This document shows, piece by piece, positions 9,292 through 20,169 of a stretch of 64,000 bases of DNA (position 1 is its first letter; each line of letters starts with the position of its first letter). The DNA comes from an uncultured delta proteobacterium. GTDB lineage: Bacteria > Myxococcota_A > Polyangia > Polyangiales > B10-G4. The DNA lies in contig CAVSGI010000027.1 in assembly GCA_963727445.1 (NCBI GenBank), forward strand, positions 160,001-224,000, read 5' to 3'. A model generated the notes under the pieces. It searched no databases. It saw nothing but the letters and a program-made list of their open reading frames with translations, and was not told where the DNA came from. The translations under genes were made by a program, and so were the position numbers.

Positions 9292-12200
9292 CACGTGCCC
9301 TCCCCACCTTCGACTTCGTTGCTAGCGTCCTCGTCTTCGTCGGGGCTGCCGAGCTCGAGGACGGGGCGCGGGTCGCCAGCGTGGCTGTTGACGTAGCGCG
9401 CCGAGCCACGGAGCTCGGCCGCGAGGGGATACTCCTGCGGGTTGAGCCCGTTGAGCTCGTGCTCGCAGGTCTGAGAGAACTCGTTGAACCACCGAACGCG
9501 CGTCGCCGTGATCAGGCAGAACTCGAACTTGTCGATGGCCTGCTGCTGGAACGGCTGGGACTGTTCGTCGAGGGCGTCGACGTAGATGTCGAAGAGCTCG
9601 GGTCCTTCTCGATCTCGTCGGGGATCGGCGCGTCACGGAACTCGTCCACGAAGCTCCGCCACATCTCGCCGATGCGGGCGGCCGCGGCGATCTCCCAATC
9701 GCGGGATCTCGAGCTCGGCGATGTTGTTGTACTCCGCCTGGGCGCGCGAGGAGCGCTTCACGTTTCTTGTTGACCCACGGCATGAAGTCGTCCTGCGCCC
9801 AGCTGTTGACGCGCTCCATGGTGCTCCGCCGCGAAGCTGCGGGAAGCGGATGCGCTCGGAACTCCGCGTACTTGTACTCGGCGAGGTAGAAGAGCGCCTC
9901 GGACGCAGCGTCCTTCGCCTCGACCACCCAGGGCGCTTCTCGTCGTCGCTGACGTCGTCGAGCCGCTGAATCGCCTCGACCGCACCGCCGCTGTCAGGCC
10001 CGCAGCGCCGCCTCGAAGAAGCCGCGCGCCCGGTCTTGATCGTCCGTCGCCCAGTGGGCGTTGCCGATCTCGACGTTGGCCTGGATGACCTGATGCGGAA
10101 GCGCCTGGCGGCTGTAGCTGCGCAGGAACCCGCGGTAATGGTCGAAGACCTTGGACCAGTTCTGCTGGCGCTGGTAGATCGAGCCGAGCGAGAAGATGAC
10201 CTGGGAGGTCTCTCGCGGGAGCCGGCGTCTGTAGTTGCGCTCGAAGAGGCGGGCGTCTTCGATCGCCTTCTCCTCTTCGCCGAGACCCAGCCGGAAGAAC
10301 ACTGCGTTCTGCAACGCCTCGTTGGCGACGGCGCAGGTCCTCGCTTCGCGGTCCTCGTCCGTGCAGTCGCTGCCATCCTCGCCGGGGAAGCGTCTGGCGA
10401 ACTGCTCGTAGTAGTCCGCCGCCTGTCCGTAGATCGCGAGCGCGTGGTAGTTCGCGCCGATCAGGAAGAGCGCGCGCTTCGCGAGCTCGCACTCCGGGAA
10501 CTGCTCGATGAGCACCGTTCGGACGCGGATGGCGCGGCCGAGAAGACGCGCCGCTTCGAAGTTGATCGCCGCGTTGTAGAGGACCTCGTCCATACCGGCG
10601 TTGCCCTCGTCGGTGCTGCCCGCGCAGGCCTCGGGCTGCCGGGCGAAGCGGCGGAAGATCCGCACGTACATCGCCGCGGCGCCGCGCCACTGCTCGTTCT
10701 GCTGGAGCGCCTCTGCCTCCTTACGCATGACGTCGCAGCGCAAGCGCTCGAGGACTTCGCAGAGCTCCGGGTGCTCGTCGACGTTCTCCTGCGTCGTCGC
10801 AGTAGAAGCCCGCAGAGCGGATCGATCGAGTCGCCGATCTCGCTGAATGCACGGCGACGTTGTTCGGCTCGATCTGCGTGCCCAGCACGTTGAGCGAGTC
10901 GAGGTAGAGGTTCGCCGCGTAGACCGCGAGCTCGCTGTCCCGGTGGTTCTAGGCGATGTCCTTGAAGAGGAGCGCCGCCTCCTCGTAGTGGTTGGACTCG
11001 TAGTAGATGCGGGCCCGCCGGTACTTGATGGTCGGCAGGTCCTCGCTGTCCGGGATGAAGCAGACGTAGCGCTGGAAGGCGCCGAGCATGCCGCTGCTCG
11101 AGCTGCGTGAAATCACGCGGCGCGAGGTCGTCGGTCTGCTCTTCCTCCTGCTGCTTGGCCTCGTCTGCGACGTCTGCGTCGATTGCCTTGTCGCTCTTCG
11201 TCGCTGCGTACTTGTCGCTCGTGGCTCTGGTACTGCTGCTGGTACAGGTTGTTGTAACAGAGCACCGCGGCGTACGCGGCGTCCGGCCGTGTACTCGCCT
11301 TGTGGGTTGAGCTCCACGACGCTGTCGAAGGCCGGGCCGCATTGGCCCCAGTCCTCCATCTTCCAGAGCAGCTCCGCGTAGTAGTACGAGATCTTGTACT
11401 CGGTCGGCCAGTCACGCCGGTCGATGTGCGGGAACTCCAGGTCCTCCATGTCGGGGAACTTCTCGAGCACCATCCGGTAGAGCTGGCGCGGCCAGCTGCA
11501 TCGTGTCGCGGTCGTTGGTACCGGGCTGGGAGTCGGTGCCGATCGCCTCACGGTGCCACGCGGTGGCGAGGGAGACGAGGACCGAGGCGGCCTCCTGCTT
11601 GCACTCCTGCTTCCGCTCCGCTGGATGGCGCTGGCTCGGCGAAGAGCTCGTAGAGGTCGACGAGACGCTGAAGCTCGCGGACCTGCTCGTCCTTGGGTCT
11701 GCTCGAGACGATCGCGTTGGTGACGCGGCTCTGCCAGTAGCAGAGCTTGTCGGCTCCCCGGCGATTCGCGCGATCAGCTTCTGGTAGACCGCGATGGTGT
11801 TCGGCCACTGACCGGTGTCGAAGTAGAGCTCGCCTAAGCTCTCGAAGCATATCGAGCGCGTGCTTCTTCGTTCTGCGTATATCGTCTGAAGAACTCCAGG
11901 GCGCGGTTCGGTGAACCGACCATGGCGTAGGGTAAGACCATCTCGCGTCTGGACTGTCGGGCGAGGTTGGCCGCGTCTCTGGCGTCCGGGTTCGATGTCG
12001 CGAACTCGACGACTTCGACGAACTTGCGCAGCGAGCCCTGGAAGTTCTCCTGGTTGTAGGCCGCCCACGCCGTCTTGTAGAGCGCGTAGCCGTAGACCGG
12101 GTTTCGCTCCGGTGGGAACTCCGTGACCTTGTTGTAGAACTGGCGCGCGGCGCCCATGTCCCCCTCGTTGAAGTAGAACTCCGCGAACGACAGATAGGCG

Positions 12201-12961
12201 TGCGGGACGAACCGGCTCTGGGGGAAGCCCTTGATCAGCCGGTGGTAGACCTGCCGCGCTCGGTCGTGTTGCCGCATCTCCTCGAGGCCGAAGGCCAGCG
12301 AGAAGAGCACCTCGTCCATGCGGCGGTAGTCCGGGTGATCCTGGACCAGCGTCGCGTAGGTGCGGATCGCCTCCTGGCGGATGGTGTTGAGCTGCTGCTG
12401 CGCCTGGCGCTGGCGCTGGGCCAGCTGGCGCACCTTCGCCGCGTTCTTGGCGCGGCGAGCCTGGAAGATCGGCTCGTCGAAGGAGCGAACGCGGGCGTTC
12501 ACCACCGTCTGCATCTCGAAGTAGGTCTCCGCGAGACGCAGCAGGATGTCCGGCCGCCGCGTGTCGCTGGTCCGCGTGTTGCGGACCAGGCGCTGGAGCA
12601 CGCGGACCTCGCGCTGGAGCAGGTTCCACGCGCGGGCCTGCACCCGTTCGCGGTTCCGCCGGGTCGCCGCATCGAGCTCGATGGACGGGCCGCTCGGTCC
12701 CTGCTTCTTCTCGGCCTGCCGCCGCTCCACCGCATCCAGCCGCGAGGCCGGCGCGCTGGCACCGGTGCCCCGCTTCGACATCTGGGGTGCGTTGGCCGGA
12801 CACTCCTCGACCGTGTTCACCGCCCCCGGGGTGATGCAGACGTTGCGCGGCTGCGCCTGCGAAGCGCCTCGCTGCCCCCCGTCCTGCGCCACGACCATCG
12901 CCGGTGCGGCGACGGCCATCGCGAGCGCAAACAGACCTGCGATTCGAATCCTCATGCCCAT
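9291..12961 (-). CDS. gltD: Gliding motility TPR protein GltD/AgmU (multiple frameshifts)
   Basis: Signal peptide; PDILLRLAETYFE, YRRMDEVLFSL and LIKGFPQSRFVPHAYLSFAEFYF motifs; TPR fragments continue in ORFs 11548-11850, 10949-11551, 10461-11342, 9994-10743 and 9322-9927; stop at 9291-9293. Confidence 0.8.
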
Positions 12962-14618
12962 CACCTTCCGCACTGGTTCGTGACCTGCTGCCGGTAGAAG
13001 CCGAGCTCGTCGCGCCAGTACTCGCCGTCGAAGGGCCAGACCTGGTGCTCCTCGTCGACCTCGACCTCACCACCGCCGGAGCGGGCGGCAGCGGTCATCT
13101 GCTCCTGGACTCGCGCGAGGGCTGACCACGCTCGTAGGTCGCGATCTCGAGGTCGACCGTGTCGATCTGGTTCATGAGGTCCTGCAGGTCCTCGATCAGA
13201 CGGCTGTAACGCGCGCGGGCGAGGTCACCCGTCTGGTCGACGGCGAAGGACTTCGCGACCGCGACGTCCTGGAGGATGCGAGCGCCCAGCGAGGAGTTCT
13301 TGAACTCGGGCGGCGCCTGCTCGAGGCGGGCCTCCTCGCCTTCGAGGACGCGCACGTACTCGAGGTGGCGGAGGAGCGTGCGATCCAGAGCGCGGTGGAG
13401 ACGATGCCGCGGATCCGCGGGCTGAGGTTCGCCTCGGCCGTCCGGACCTGCTGGAGGAACTCGAAGAACTGCATGTTGTCCTGGATCTGCTGCAGGAACG
13501 AGTTGAGCTCCTGCTGGACGGGATCGTAGCGCTCGTGGAACTGGGAGACCATCGCGCCGGCGTTGTCCACCTGGCAGTTCACGAAGAACGTCACCGCCTT
13601 GAGCACCAGCGCCTCCGGGTAGTAGGCGTCGGTCGAAGTACGGCGAGTAGAGCGTGTGGATGTTGCCGAGGGCGCGGGAGTACTCGTCGGCCAGGAAGAA
13701 AGCCCAGCGCTCCTCGAAGAGCGCGTCGAGCCAGTACTCGCTGCCCTGATCGATCCGGTTCCACGTCTCGACGGCATTGCCGAGGAGGCGACCGTCGACG
13801 ATGCGCTCGCCGCTGTCTGGGATCGGTGCGGTTGGCGGCCGTGTAGTAGACGCGCGCGAGCGAGATCCACGCGAGGTTGCGCATGCGCTGCTCGTCCTCG
13901 ACGCCGCGTGACGCGCCTCCTCGATCGCCTCGATGATGCGCGGAAGCGAGCGAATCGCCGGCTGCGCGCGGCGCATGCGGACGTGGGCGATGCCCTCGAA
14001 GAACTTCGCCTGACGTAGTGGTCGACTCTGGCGATCACGCGGCTGGAAGAGCTGGATCGCCTCGTCGAACTCACCCTGGCCGTACTTGTACCGGCCCATC
14101 AGGTAGAGAGGTGGTTGTAGAGATCGGCGCTCTCCGCGGTGTTGAACTGCTCGAGCTGATCCACGCCGTAGCGACCGACCTTCTCGATGATGCCCGCCGG
14201 CTCGGGGAGCTGGGTGGCGAGCTGGGCGAGCCACTGCAGCGTCTGGTCGAAGTAGCTGTGGCCCTGCGCCGGCCTGGCCGATCTCGTCGAAGATCGCGAG
14301 CGCCGACTGGTAGAAGCGCAGGTGGTAGAGCGACTTGCCCAGGAAGAACTGCGCCTTCTGCACGTTCGCTGGCGCGTCCTGGGTCTCTCCCTCGACCACG
14401 CGCTGGAACTGCACGGAGGCTTCCTGGTAGCGCTCCTGCTGATACAGCCGGAGGGCGTTCGCGAGCGCCTCCGAGGGGGGTCCTTCAGCCGGCGGCGCGG
14501 GCGGCTGCCCCGTCTCTTCGACCGAGAACTCCATGTCCTGTGCGCTCACCCCGACGGCGGGGAGGATCCCCGCGAAGGCGGCCAGCACGGCCCACGTCAC
14601 CAGTCGATTTCCGTTCAT
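12961..14618 (-). CDS. gltC: Gliding motility protein GltC (multiple frameshifts)
   Basis: ATG at 14618 with signal peptide; SEYWLDALFE, ALGNIHTLYSPYF and YYPEALVLKAVTFFVNC motifs; C-terminal WPFDGEYWRDELGFYRQQVTNQCGR* with TGA at 12961-12963 overlapping the gltD ATG. Confidence 0.85.
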
Positions 14619-14757
14619 CGCTCCGCTCCGATACAGGGCCCGGCTCTCTCCAGGACGGACGCAACACGGCCGGGAAGCCAAGCCTTGCTCCCCCGCCGCG
14701 GTCGAGACCGTGAAAAAGCCTAACAAAAACGACAACTTAGGTCCTGGTTGGGCGCCA

Positions 14758-14787
14758 ATCATAAGAAGCTGTGATTTGGATTGTCAA
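14758..14787 (-). promoter_or_regulatory. Putative sigma70 promoter of the gltC operon, TTGACA-N18-TATGAT
   Basis: Perfect -35 and 5/6 -10 match in an AT-rich intergenic region. Confidence 0.7.
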
Positions 14788-14824
14788 GGGGTTTCGGGGC
14801 GTTCGCAGATCACGAAGCTCTCGC

Positions 14825-14854
14825 TTGACACTTTCCACGGCCCCTGAGTAGGGT
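14825..14854 (+). promoter_or_regulatory. Putative sigma70 promoter of the cglC-like gene, TTGACA-N18-TAGGGT
   Basis: Perfect -35, back-to-back with the gltC promoter. Confidence 0.55.
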
Positions 14855-14949
14855 CCCCCGGCGTTTGGAATTGCCGGAGTCAGTGGACGACTGATGAGGG
14901 AACCCCAGGTGCACCGGCCATTGGGCCACAACTCGGAGAGAAGCCCCCG

Positions 14950-15399
14950 ATGAAGAAAATCCTCGGCTCGTCGATGTGGATTTTGGCCGCATTCGTGATG
15001 TTTTCGGGATGCACCGCCCCCGGCGTCGGGGACCCCTGCATCCCGGAGAGCATTCCGGAGGGCGGCTTCGTGGGCTCCGAGGCCTACCTCGAGACGAGCT
15101 CGGTGCAGTGCCGCACCCGTGTGTGCATGGTCTACCGCCTCGACGGCGTGCCCTTCGGCGCGCCCGGTTGCGAGACCGCCGAACAGGTCACCATGAACGA
15201 CATGTGCGCGCCCATCCCCGACTCGGGTGATCGCGTCTACTGCACCTGCCGCTGCGACGCGCCGCCCGAGTCGACCGCGACCCTCTGCGAGTGCCCCGAA
15301 GAGTTCCTGTGCACCGAGGTCATCGACCAGCCGGGCGCCGGTCTCGGTATCCGCGGCAGCTACTGCGTGCGGGCCAGCACCGTCGACATGGGCAGCTGA
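14950..15399 (+). CDS. Cys-rich lipoprotein, CglC/GltK (AgmO)-like
   Basis: Lipobox FSGC; VGDPC...CRTRVC...YCTCRC...CPEEFLC...YC pattern; divergent from gltC. Confidence 0.65.
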   Translation: MKKILGSSMWILAAFVMFSGCTAPGVGDPCIPESIPEGGFVGSEAYLETSSVQCRTRVCMVYRLDGVPFGAPGCETAEQVTMNDMCAPIPDSGDRVYCTCRCDAPPESTATLCECPEEFLCTEVIDQPGAGLGIRGSYCVRASTVDMGS

Positions 15400-15566
15400 G
15401 CATCTAGGAGAAGGCGGCGCGACGCCGCAGCGTAGGGACGCGGCGCTCGGCGCAGCCGAGCAGAGCGGCCCGCAGCGCAGGCGGCGCGACGCCGGGAGTG
15501 CGACGCCGGGAGTGCGTCTCCGGCAGACGAGACGCAACCGCGCCGGCGCCTGCACGACAAGCATGT

Positions 15567-15923
15567 GTGCCTGAGCGCGCCGAGACGGGACGGGAGGCGG
15601 AGGAGCTCGCCGCGGACAATCTCGTGCGGCGCGGCTTCGAGATCGTCGGCCGCAACGTGCGCGTCGGCCGCCTCGAGCTCGACATCCTCGCCAGGCGGGG
15701 AACGCTTCTCGTCGTCTGCGAGGTTCGGTCGCGCCGGAGCAAGGCGTACGGATCGCCGGCGCTCACGATCGACCGGGACAAGATCGCGAAGATCCGCCGC
15801 GCGACCGCGATCTGGCTGAAGAAGAACCGCCCCGGCACCCGGGAGCTCCGCTTCGACGCGGCGGCCGTCACCTTCGCCGCCGATGGCTCGCACGAGCTCG
15901 CGTACTACGAGCGTGCGTTTTGA
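15567..15923 (+). CDS. YraN family (UPF0102) endonuclease-like protein
   Basis: GREAEELAAD, GFEIVGRNVR, ELDILA, LVVCEVRSR and LRFDAAAV motifs. Confidence 0.9.
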   Translation: MPERAETGREAEELAADNLVRRGFEIVGRNVRVGRLELDILARRGTLLVVCEVRSRRSKAYGSPALTIDRDKIAKIRRATAIWLKKNRPGTRELRFDAAAVTFAADGSHELAYYERAF

Positions 15924-15949
15924 TGGCGGGAAGCGCGGTTGGTGACGTG

Positions 15950-16460
15950 TGTTGGGGATGATGGCGCGGGTCTTGGCGAGGCGGTGCCCCGACACCCCGG
16001 GGGGGACAAGCCCCCCCTGTCGGCTCGCGCTTCGCGTGCTCGCCTCTCACGTCTGCCCGCCCGGTGTGGAACAGATGAGCTCGATGGGTTTGATGGCAAT
16101 TGATTGATGGTCTACGGGCAGCGTTCGGCCCCCCCCTCGGCCGCTGCGCGGCCGGGTCGCGGCCTGGCGGCCGCTCCGGCTCCTGCCCGGGTGCCCGAAC
16201 GGAGTGGAGCGTCGCGAAGCGACGCGACCTGGGCGCCCGAGGGGGCTGGAGGGGGGCGAGTAGCCCCCCGGAACCGAGGCGCCCGCGAGGGGTGCGAACG
16301 CTGCCCGTAGAGGACCCGGACCATCCCATCGCGACCCTCTGGGTCAATCTCAATCACTTGTGGCGGGCAGACGTGAGAGCCGCGCGTGCGAAGCGCGCGG
16401 CGACGAGGGGGACCCTCCCCCTCGGGGGGGTGTCGGGGGGGCGCAGCCCCCTGACCATTA
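15950..16460. repeat. Intergenic composite inverted repeat (two head-to-head copies of a dispersed element)
   Basis: tctacgggcagcgttc (~16111) pairs with gaacgctgcccgtaga (~16297); ctctcacgtctgcccgc (~16044) with gcgggcagacgtgagag (~16363); ccccgacacccc (~15987) with ggggtgtcgggg (~16427). The reverse complement of ~15960-16190 aligns with 44763-44985. Confidence 0.8.
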
Positions 16461-16589
16461 ACCAACCTTTCCGGCCCCCCGCCCTGCGTCCCCGCAAGCG
16501 CGTGAGCGCAGCGAAACGCGCGCACGCCACGACCCGAACGTGCGCGAGTGAGCTGTCGACCGTTCAGTCCCGGCCGCTTACCTCTCGGA

Positions 16590-17207
16590 TCACTCGAGCG
16601 TGGCCGCCATGCGCTCGCGGACTTCGACGATGTCCTGCAACGCTTCTTCGGGCGTGCCGGCTTCGCGCGACTTCTGGATGGCGTGATCGAGAAGATCGAT
16701 CTCCTCCTGCTGCGCCGCGCGTAAGGCTTCGACCATGCGTTCGAGCGCCAAGTAGAGGTCGACGAGCTCGTCGCCTTTTCTCAGGCGCCCGCTGAGCTTC
16801 ATGTGACCGTCGGCGATCTCGCCGATCAAGCGCTTCATCTTGTACGTCGGGCCGACCAACTTGTGGGTCACGACGATCCCCGTCACGCCGAGGGCCAGAG
16901 CCAGGATCAATATGCCGCCCACGATGCTCATCAGGACCTTCTCGTCCTCTTCCTCCGCCGCATTGAGGATCAGCTCGGCCGCCTCGTCATCTGCCGCGTC
17001 GAGCATCGCGTTGGCGTTGAGCATTTCGGTCATGCTCTTCGAGTAGTTGTACGCTTGCCACCCGAGCGCGGACGCGACGATCACCGTCACCCCGACCACC
17101 ATGCCCGTGTACTTGAGCTGGAAGCGGGGGTTGAGAAGGAAGTTGCGGAGCCGCCGCTTGGGCGGGCCGCCGGTCTGTTTCGGAAGGCTCTCCGCGTTCG
17201 CCGACAT
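16590..17207 (-). CDS. Two-TM HAMP-domain protein without an output domain
   Basis: RRLRNFLLNPRFQLKY N-terminus, two TM helices, HAMP-like HKLVGPTYKMKR...LRKGDELVDL. Confidence 0.8.
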   Translation of the reverse strand: MSANAESLPKQTGGPPKRRLRNFLLNPRFQLKYTGMVVGVTVIVASALGWQAYNYSKSMTEMLNANAMLDAADDEAAELILNAAEEEDEKVLMSIVGGILILALALGVTGIVVTHKLVGPTYKMKRLIGEIADGHMKLSGRLRKGDELVDLYLALERMVEALRAAQQEEIDLLDHAIQKSREAGTPEEALQDIVEVRERMAATLE

Positions 17208-17237
17208 GGCTTATCCCCTACTCTGAATTCGAAAAGA

Positions 17238-17267
17238 ATCGTAGTGGCTGAGCGCTCGGGCTGTCCA
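17238..17267 (-). promoter_or_regulatory. Putative sigma70 promoter TGGACA-N18-TACGAT
   Basis: Read directly upstream of the ATG at 17207. Confidence 0.5.
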
Positions 17268-17279
17268 ATGAATGGTCCC

Positions 17280-18134
17280 TCAGCCGCCGTCTCGGGCGTC
17301 GCCCGCCGCGAAAGCCTGGGGCAAACGGCGCAGCGCCCCGGTGAGCGCGCCCTGGATGGCCTGCGTTTTCGCCGAGTCTCCGCTGGCGCCCTGCACCGTG
17401 GCCGCCCCCTGCAAGATGACCCGCATGTCGCGGCCGGGATAGGTGTTCACGATGACCGAAACGACGGCGCGGGTTCCCCCGTTGCTGTTCTCGATGCGCA
17501 CGATCGAGGAGTCGAGGTAGTACCCGGTGAGCCGCCGCTGCCGGAGCACGCGCCGCGCCGCCCCGCTGCTCTCGTTGTCCGGCGCGATCACCACACCGTC
17601 GATCCCCTGGACGCGCGACTGAATGAAATCCCGCGCGCTGCGGAGGGTCTGCCGGGACACCTGCTGACTGGTGCCGGGCATGCCCACGCCCACGTAGTAG
17701 CGGGCAGGCCCCGAGGGCCTGACCGGCTCGACGTGGGTGCTTCGCGGCCCGGAGCTCGCGACCCGCTCGAGTCGAGAGATCGCGCGATTGACCGCGTTGC
17801 GCACCGACCGATCGGAGTCGTTGCTCGCGTTGCGCAGCGCAGCGAGCGCGGAAGGATCGCGGATCTGCTCGAGAGAGGCCGCCGCGGCCGCGCGCACGGC
17901 CGGGTGCTCGTCGCCGAGCGCCTGCGACAGCGCCCGCACCACACCCGGATCATCTTCGACCCGGCCGAGGGAGAGGGCCGCCTGAGCGCGGACGCGGAAC
18001 GCGTTGGAGGTTCGCAGAAGGCGCACGAGGTAATCCGAGCGTGCGTCCGCCTCCGCGAGCTCCGGCCCAACAGCCATCAGAAGGGCTGCCAAGAGGGATA
18101 ATCCCGACACCCAGCGCTTCACCCGTGTGCTCAT
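17280..18134 (-). CDS. Exported HEAT-repeat protein
   Basis: Signal peptide; HEAT motifs VRAQAALSLG, DEHPAVRAAAAASL and DSDRSVRNAV. Confidence 0.8.
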   Translation of the reverse strand: MSTRVKRWVSGLSLLAALLMAVGPELAEADARSDYLVRLLRTSNAFRVRAQAALSLGRVEDDPGVVRALSQALGDEHPAVRAAAAASLEQIRDPSALAALRNASNDSDRSVRNAVNRAISRLERVASSGPRSTHVEPVRPSGPARYYVGVGMPGTSQQVSRQTLRSARDFIQSRVQGIDGVVIAPDNESSGAARRVLRQRRLTGYYLDSSIVRIENSNGGTRAVVSVIVNTYPGRDMRVILQGAATVQGASGDSAKTQAIQGALTGALRRLPQAFAAGDARDGG

Positions 18135-18324
18135 GTCTCCCGCAACGTTCTCCCGGCTCTGCACTTGTCCATCGAGCCGTGACTCGGTTGAGACGACCGT
18201 CGCCACGATCTCTTCAAGAGAAGGGGGAAAGGATCGTCAGTATCGCGTACGGGGCCCCGGTCTGACAACGGTGTTCGCTGTGGATCCGGTTGATCGTGGG
18301 CCAGGCATTGGCCAGTGTGGAGCG

Positions 18325-20085
18325 GTGCACGGCTCATCCCTCCCACGGACCCCGGGGCTGAGACCTCCCCGCCGGTCGCTGCGCGGTGGGGGGCTGCTGA
18401 TCGCCCTGCTCCTCGGGGCTGTCTGCCCGTCTCCGCGTGCGCAGGCCCAACCGCGCGTGCGCGTCCAGGCCGAAACCCGCATCGAGCTCGGCACCAATCG
18501 GGAGGCTGACCACATCCTGCTCAAGGGTGTGCTTCGCGACGACCTCGGCGAGGCGATCGCGGGCGCGCGCGTCGACGTGCGCCTCGCCGAGGCTCAGAGC
18601 CGGCGGACGGTGCTGAGCCGCGACGTGGTCACCGACGATCGCGGGCGCTTCGCGGTCGCCGCGGCGGTGACGACCGGGGACTACGAGCTCCGCGCGATCT
18701 TCGAAGGCGGCGACTACTACCAGCGCACCGAGGTCTCCCGCACCATCGATCTCAACCGGGCAGACGTGCGCCTCGGGGTGGAGGTGCCCCATCACGGCGA
18801 GCTCGACCTCGACCTCCCCTCCCACGAGATCGAGGTCCACGCGAGCTGCGAGCTCGGCGCGAGCGGCATCGACGTCGCGCTCCTCGACGAGATGGGTCGC
18901 ACCCTGGCCACCGGCCGCACCGGGCCAGACGAGCGTGCGCTTTTCGAGATCCCCTCGTCGGCGCTCGGCGAGCCGGGCGCGGGTCGCCTGGTGGCGCGCT
19001 CGCGCGCCGACGACGCGCGCGCGCAGGCTCAGACCGAGGTGCCGATCGTCCGCTACCGCCGGATGGTCCTGAGCCTGACGGCTTCGCCCACCCGGGTGGC
19101 GCGCGGGGGCGAGGTCCATCTCTCCGGCGCCCTGGTGGACAGCCAGAGTGCCCTGCCAGGGCGGGCCATCGGGCTCTTCGCCGACGGCGATCGCCACCTG
19201 ACCACGGTGCTGACCGACGGTGAGGGCGCCTACGCCGCCGACGTGAGCTTCGAGCAGGAGGAAGCCGGCTCGATCGCCGTGGTGGCTCGTTTCGAAAGCG
19301 ACGCACCCGGGCGCGACACCATCGAGTCGGAGCCCGTCACGCTGAGCATCGACGCCCCCAACCCGATGAGCTGGCTCTGGGCCGCGCTCCCGATCACGAT
19401 CTGCATCCTGCTCCTGATGCTGATCGCGCGACGCGCTCCCCAGCGCCTCACCGCCGTTCCACCTCCCCCACCGCCGGCTCCTTCGGGGGTGTCGGCCGCG
19501 ATCCGCTCCTCGCGCTGGCCCGCCCACGCAGCGATCGGGGGCAAGGTGGTCGACCAGCTGCGCGGCACGCCCATCGCCGGGGCGCGCGTGAGCCTCAGTT
19601 GGCAGGATGGGGAGGAGGTCAGCCATCGCGTCACGGATGAAGAAGGGCGCTTCTCCTTCGACGAGCCGCGCATCGGCGATCACCGCCTCTCGGTCACGGC
19701 GCGGGGCTACGGACGCGAGGAGAGCGAGGTGAGCTCGCCTCATCGCGGTGAATGGGGCGCCCTCACGGTGCGCCTCGAGAGCCTGCGCGAGCGCATCCTC
19801 GGCGCCTACCGGAAGGTGGCGATCGCCCTTCTGCCGTCGGCCCGCCTCTGGGAGATCTGGACGAACCGCGAGATCCTGGAGCACGGCAAGGCCAAGGGCA
19901 GATCGCCTGAGCTCGCCCAGCTGACCCACCGCGTCGAGGAAGGCTTCTACTCGAGCGAAGGACCCAGCGAGCAGGACGTCAGCGCGGTCGAGCGGGAGGC
20001 GGAGAGCGCTTACGCGGCCCTGGCGCGCGACCCTGGCACGAGGAGGCCGGACGGCGGCGACGAAGGCGAGCCGACCCCGCGTTGA
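18325..20085 (+). CDS. Membrane-anchored protein with Ig-like/carboxypeptidase-regulatory-like domains (start uncertain)
   Basis: Repeated G-x-L/V-x-D...G-x-x-I-x-G-A-x-V...T-D-x-x-G-x-F/Y modules; TM helix SWLWAALPITICILLLMLI. Confidence 0.7.
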   Translation: MHGSSLPRTPGLRPPRRSLRGGGLLIALLLGAVCPSPRAQAQPRVRVQAETRIELGTNREADHILLKGVLRDDLGEAIAGARVDVRLAEAQSRRTVLSRDVVTDDRGRFAVAAAVTTGDYELRAIFEGGDYYQRTEVSRTIDLNRADVRLGVEVPHHGELDLDLPSHEIEVHASCELGASGIDVALLDEMGRTLATGRTGPDERALFEIPSSALGEPGAGRLVARSRADDARAQAQTEVPIVRYRRMVLSLTASPTRVARGGEVHLSGALVDSQSALPGRAIGLFADGDRHLTTVLTDGEGAYAADVSFEQEEAGSIAVVARFESDAPGRDTIESEPVTLSIDAPNPMSWLWAALPITICILLLMLIARRAPQRLTAVPPPPPPAPSGVSAAIRSSRWPAHAAIGGKVVDQLRGTPIAGARVSLSWQDGEEVSHRVTDEEGRFSFDEPRIGDHRLSVTARGYGREESEVSSPHRGEWGALTVRLESLRERILGAYRKVAIALLPSARLWEIWTNREILEHGKAKGRSPELAQLTHRVEEGFYSSEGPSEQDVSAVEREAESAYAALARDPGTRRPDGGDEGEPTPR

Positions 20086-20111
20086 CGCCACGTCTTTTGC
20101 CTCCCTATAGT
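20082..20111 (+). promoter_or_regulatory. Putative sigma70 promoter of ftsY, TTGACG-N18-TATAGT
   Basis: Near-consensus hexamers about 60 bp upstream of the ATG at 20170. Confidence 0.7.
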
Positions 20112-20169
20112 GGCGCCGCTCCGACCGGGATGAACCTCTCGGGGCGTCGGCTCAGCCGAGAGGGGATCG

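Noticed and set aside
15400..15560. GC-rich intergenic stretch with a 14-bp tandem (GCGACGCCGGGAGT x2) and small hairpins
   Set aside because: No second copy was found in the window and such structure is expected at this GC content.
15567..16460. YraN nuclease as the mobiliser of the adjacent repeat element
   Set aside because: YraN is a widespread chromosomal gene, and the other copy of the element has no such neighbour; adjacency alone is not evidence.
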